Assembly (NCBI GenBank): GCA_038231135.1
Contig: JBBRLX010000001.1
Span: 192,001 to 256,000 of the forward strand
Reading direction: 5' to 3'
DNA length: 64,000 nucleotides
Source: Candidatus Eiseniibacteriota bacterium
Lineage (GTDB): Bacteria; Eisenbacteria; RBG-16-71-46
Shown here: in pieces, positions 60,513-64,000 of the stretch
Layout: every line of letters begins with the position of its first letter
Numbering within the stretch: position 1 is the stretch's first letter
Translations under genes and position numbers: made by a program
The notes under the pieces: generated by a model
The model's database searches: none
What the model was told of the DNA's origin: nothing
What the model saw: the letters and a program-made list of their open reading frames with translations, nothing else

Positions 60513-62261
60513 GTGAAGTTCTCAGGGATTCCCGCGGCCCCCGGCATCGGGCTCGGCCGGATCGTGCGGCTCGAGCGCGAGGAGTTCATCGTGCGCGACG
60601 GCCCCGTGCCCGAAGCCGACGTCGAGGAGGAGATCCGGCGGTTCCACGGCGCGCTCGAAGCGTCGCGCCGGGACCTGACCCGGATCCGGGACGGCATCGC
60701 CGCGGAGCTCGGCGAGGAGCAGGCCGCGATCTACGACGCCCACCGCATGATCCTCGACGATCCCGAGCTGGTGAACGGCGTCGAACAGGGCGTGCGCGTG
60801 GAGCGGCACTATCCGGGATTCGTGTTCCGGCGCTGGATGACGTCCGTCGTGTCGCACTTCGACGGCATCGAGGACGAGTACCTGCGCGAGCGCCGTGCCG
60901 ACGTCGTGGATGTCGCCCGGCGCGTGCTGCGGCACCTGGTGGGCGGCGAGCGGCGCACGGCCGGCCGGCTCGACGAGCCGGCGGTGATCGTGGCGCACGA
61001 CCTGGGGCCCAGCGAGGTCGCGCTGCTCGAGCGCGATCGCGTGCTGGGGTTCATCACCGAGGTCGGCGGGCGCACGTCACACAGCGCAATCGTCGCCCGC
61101 GGCCGTGGCATTCCGGCGGTGATGAGCGTGCGCGGCGTGATGCAGCAGGTGAAGTCGGGCGACATGGGCGTGGTGGACGGCTACGCCGGAGTGTTCGAGG
61201 TGAACCCCGACGCGCCCACGACCGCATACTACCAGGGCCGCCGCACGCAATTCGACGAGGAGCTGCAGGCGCTCGGCACCGTGCGCAACGAGGCCTCGGA
61301 GACGCTCGACGGCCACCGCATCGATCTCGGCGGCAACATCGAGCTGCCGTCCGACGTGGACGCGGTGATCGCCGCCGGCGCCGACAGCATCGGGCTGTTC
61401 CGCACCGAGTTCTTCTACCTGAACCGGCTCGAGCTGCCGGTCGAGGAGGAGCAGTACGAGGCGTACCGCCAGGTGGCCGAACGGCTGAACCCACGGCCGG
61501 TGCTGTTCCGCACCATGGATCTGGGCGGCGACAAGGTGGCCTCGTACCTCGGCACGACGCACGAGGCGAACCCGTTCCTCGGCTGGCGCGGCATCCGCTT
61601 CGCCCTGCACCATCCCGAGGTGTTCCGCACCCAGATCCGCGCCATCTACCGCGCCAGCGCGCACGGCAAGGCGCGCATGATGTTCCCGATGGTCGCGAGC
61701 GAGGACGAGCTGACCGCCGCGCTCGCGATGTGCTCCGAGGTGCGGGCGGAGCTGGCGGCCGCCGGGGTCCCGCACGATCCGGAGCTCGAGATCGGAGTGA
61801 TGGTCGAGACGCCGAGCGCCGTGTGGCTCGCCGACGTGCTGTCGCGCCACGCGCGGTTCCTGTCGATCGGTTCCAACGACCTCACGCAGTACACGCTCGC
61901 CATGGACCGGGACAACGAGCGGCTCGCCCACCTGTACGAGCCGCTGAACCCGTCGATCCTGCGCAGCATCGACCACACGGTGCGCGCGGGGCACGCCGCC
62001 GGGCGCTGGGTGGGGATCTGCGGCGAGATGGCGGGGGACCCCCGCATCGCGATGCTGCTCGTCGGGCTCGAGGTGGACGAGCTCAGCATGTCGTGCTTCG
62101 ACCTGCCGCGCGTGAAGGCCGCGGTGCGCAGCGTGCGGTTCGAGGAGCTGAAGCTCGTCGCGCAGGAGGCGCTCGCGCTGCCGACCGCCGAGGCGGTGCG
62201 CGGGCTGCTGCGCACGCGGATCGACGCCATGCTGCCGGACTTCCTGCTGGTGGAACGCTGA
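60513..62261 (+). CDS. ptsI: PEP-protein phosphotransferase, Enzyme I (alternative start at 60444)
   Basis: GGRTSHSAI, GLFRTEF, EANPFLGWRGIR, SIGSNDLTQY and GICGEMAG motifs. Confidence 0.96.
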   Translation: MKFSGIPAAPGIGLGRIVRLEREEFIVRDGPVPEADVEEEIRRFHGALEASRRDLTRIRDGIAAELGEEQAAIYDAHRMILDDPELVNGVEQGVRVERHYPGFVFRRWMTSVVSHFDGIEDEYLRERRADVVDVARRVLRHLVGGERRTAGRLDEPAVIVAHDLGPSEVALLERDRVLGFITEVGGRTSHSAIVARGRGIPAVMSVRGVMQQVKSGDMGVVDGYAGVFEVNPDAPTTAYYQGRRTQFDEELQALGTVRNEASETLDGHRIDLGGNIELPSDVDAVIAAGADSIGLFRTEFFYLNRLELPVEEEQYEAYRQVAERLNPRPVLFRTMDLGGDKVASYLGTTHEANPFLGWRGIRFALHHPEVFRTQIRAIYRASAHGKARMMFPMVASEDELTAALAMCSEVRAELAAAGVPHDPELEIGVMVETPSAVWLADVLSRHARFLSIGSNDLTQYTLAMDRDNERLAHLYEPLNPSILRSIDHTVRAGHAAGRWVGICGEMAGDPRIAMLLVGLEVDELSMSCFDLPRVKAAVRSVRFEELKLVAQEALALPTAEAVRGLLRTRIDAMLPDFLLVER

Positions 62262-62262
62262 C

Positions 62263-63333
62263 GTGGGAGACGCACTCGATCCGCCGTACGATGCCCACGA
62301 CGCCCACGGCATGACCGCGCGCATCCTGGGCATTCCGGACCAGGTGGCCGCGGCGGTCGCGGCGAGCCGCGAATCCCCGTGGCGGATTCCGGTCGCGGAT
62401 CCCGACCTGCTCGCGGTCGGCGCGCTCGGGGGCTCGGCGATCGCGGCCGATCTCGTCGCCGGCACCGCGGCCGACCGGCTGCCGCATCCGCTGATCGCCG
62501 TGCGCGAGTACCGGTGGCCGGCGTTCGTCACCCGGCGTTCGCTCGCGCTGCTGTGCTCGTATTCCGGGAACACCGAGGAGACGCTGGCGCTGTACGACGA
62601 CGCCGGGGCGCGCGGGATCCCGCGGCTGGCGATGACCACCGGCGGCGAGCTCGCCCGCCGCTGCGAGCGCGACGGCGTGCCTCGCGTGACGCTGCCCGCG
62701 GGCTCGCCGCCGCGCGCCGCGGTGTACGCGTCGTGGGTGCGGCTCACGTATCTCGTGCACGCGCTCGGCTGGGACTCGGACCCGACGGCGGACTGGGGCG
62801 CCGCGGCGCGCCTGCTCGGGCAGCGGCGCGACGAGTGGTCGCCGGCGGTGGCGGAGGGCAGGAACCCGGTGAAGCAGATCGCGCGGCGCCTCGACGGCCG
62901 GTTCGTGCTGATCTACGCGGGCTCCGACCGCCTGGGGGCGGTCGCCACCCGCGTGAGGAACCAGCTCAACGAAAATGCTAAACTGCTCGCCCATTCGGCG
63001 GTGGTACCGGAGCTCCAACACAACGAAGTGGTCGGCTGGGAACGGCCGGTCGCGCCGGCGGCGAGCACCGCGGTGCTGATCCTTAGGGATCCGGAGGACG
63101 CGCCCGCGATCGACCTGCGGCTGACACTCACCGCCGAATACGTGCGATCGAAGGGTGCCGAGGTGGTGGAGTTCAGGGAGGAATCCGGGCCGCGGCTGGC
63201 CCGGATCGCGTCGCTGGTGCAGTTCGGCGACTGGCTGAGCCTCTACCTCGCGCTGCTGAATGCGGCGGACCCGACGCCGATCGCGTCGATCGACTGGTTC
63301 AAGCAACGACTCACGGACTCGAGGACGCAATGA
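62263..63333 (+). CDS. Bifunctional phosphoglucose/phosphomannose isomerase (SIS)
   Basis: GGSAIA.D, SYSGNTEETL, TTGG.L, QLNENAK, PEL.HNE and DPTPI..I..K motifs. Confidence 0.9.
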   Translation: MGDALDPPYDAHDAHGMTARILGIPDQVAAAVAASRESPWRIPVADPDLLAVGALGGSAIAADLVAGTAADRLPHPLIAVREYRWPAFVTRRSLALLCSYSGNTEETLALYDDAGARGIPRLAMTTGGELARRCERDGVPRVTLPAGSPPRAAVYASWVRLTYLVHALGWDSDPTADWGAAARLLGQRRDEWSPAVAEGRNPVKQIARRLDGRFVLIYAGSDRLGAVATRVRNQLNENAKLLAHSAVVPELQHNEVVGWERPVAPAASTAVLILRDPEDAPAIDLRLTLTAEYVRSKGAEVVEFREESGPRLARIASLVQFGDWLSLYLALLNAADPTPIASIDWFKQRLTDSRTQ

Positions 63334-64000
63334 CCGCCAGCCCCATCGCCATCATCCCGGTCGCCGGCACCGGCACCCGGTTGCGGCCGCACACGTATAC
63401 GCAGCCGAAGGTGCTGCTGAACGTGGCCGGCAAGCCGATCCTGGCGTACATCCTCGACGACCTGCCCGGGCTCGGCATCGACGAGGTGGTGCTGATCGTC
63501 GGCTACCTGGGCGACCGCGTGCGCGAGTTCGTGACCGCCGCCTATCCCCGGCTCCGCGTCCATTACGTGGAACAACCGGAGCAGCTCGGCCTCGGTCACG
63601 CGGTGTCGCTCGCCGCGCCCCACGCCCAGGACCGGCCGATCCTGATCATCCTCGGCGACACCATCTTCGAGGCCGACCTCGCGGGCGTGCTGCGCCGCGG
63701 CGCCGACGCGATCGGCGTGCGCGAGGTCGACGATCCACGGCGGTTCGGCATCGTCGAGACCGACGCCGCCGGGCGCATCACGCGCATGGTGGAGAAGCCC
63801 GAGCACCCGGCGTCGAAGCTCGCGATCACCGGCGTGTACTTCTTCGCATCCGGCGCGCCGCTGTTCGGCGCGCTGCACGAGCTGCAGCACAACAACGTCC
63901 GCACCCGCGGGGAATTCCAGCTCACGGACGCCATGCAGCTGCTGGTCGAGCGCGGCGCCGCGATCACGACGTTCCCGATCTCGGGCTGGTACGATTGCGG
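63330..64000 (+). CDS. Sugar-phosphate nucleotidyltransferase (glucose-1-P thymidylyltransferase-like), 3' end truncated by the window
   Basis: Manual translation MTASPIAIIPVAGTGTRLRPHTYTQPKVLLNVAGKPIL..., with QLGLGHAV, LGDT, EKP and GEFQLTDA motifs. Confidence 0.9.
   Translation, partial: MTASPIAIIPVAGTGTRLRPHTYTQPKVLLNVAGKPILAYILDDLPGLGIDEVVLIVGYLGDRVREFVTAAYPRLRVHYVEQPEQLGLGHAVSLAAPHAQDRPILIILGDTIFEADLAGVLRRGADAIGVREVDDPRRFGIVETDAAGRITRMVEKPEHPASKLAITGVYFFASGAPLFGALHELQHNNVRTRGEFQLTDAMQLLVERGAAITTFPISGWYDC

Overview
High-GC bacterial chromosome segment from a diderm, LPS-producing organism (kdsA-D, lptBC, rpoN, HprK and a complete mannose-family PTS). The gene repertoire and style suggest an FCB-related lineage such as Ca. 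Eisenbacteria or Gemmatimonadota; this is an inference, not a search result. Most of the window is housekeeping: wecB/GT2/FAD-oxidoreductase, uvrB, nadC-birA-tatC-coaX, an orphan groEL, dapE-C-D, folB-folK-dNK-panB-panC, a GlmU N-terminal-domain protein, tatA, a PpiD/SurA-like protein, a uvrA paralog, radical SAM-rng-rplU-rpmA, mdh-kdsB-pyrG-kdsA-kdsC-kdsD and lptC-lptB-rpoN-hpf-hprK-PTS-ptsH-ptsI. No rRNA, tRNA or CRISPR array was seen. Four features stand out. (1) A PAS kinase and sigma54 activator pair is followed by a candidate enhancer palindrome, an IHF-like site, a -24/-12 promoter, a hairpin-rich leader, an unannotated 21-aa Lys-rich micropeptide, a terminator and a second structured non-coding unit (31.5-34.7 kb). 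(2) A small lower-GC island carries an HNH protein with a RuvA-C-like tail, in-frame 20-bp palindromes and a pseudoknot-like SD-less leader, next to an IS481-like end relic and a DUF4279-like gene (17.4-19.5 kb). (3) A branched REP/MITE-like repeat lies upstream of a sigma54 promoter in front of the rpoN operon (52.9-53.5 kb). (4) Three TMTC-like GT-C membrane glycosyltransferases are present. All calls come from reading motifs by eye; no database searches were run.
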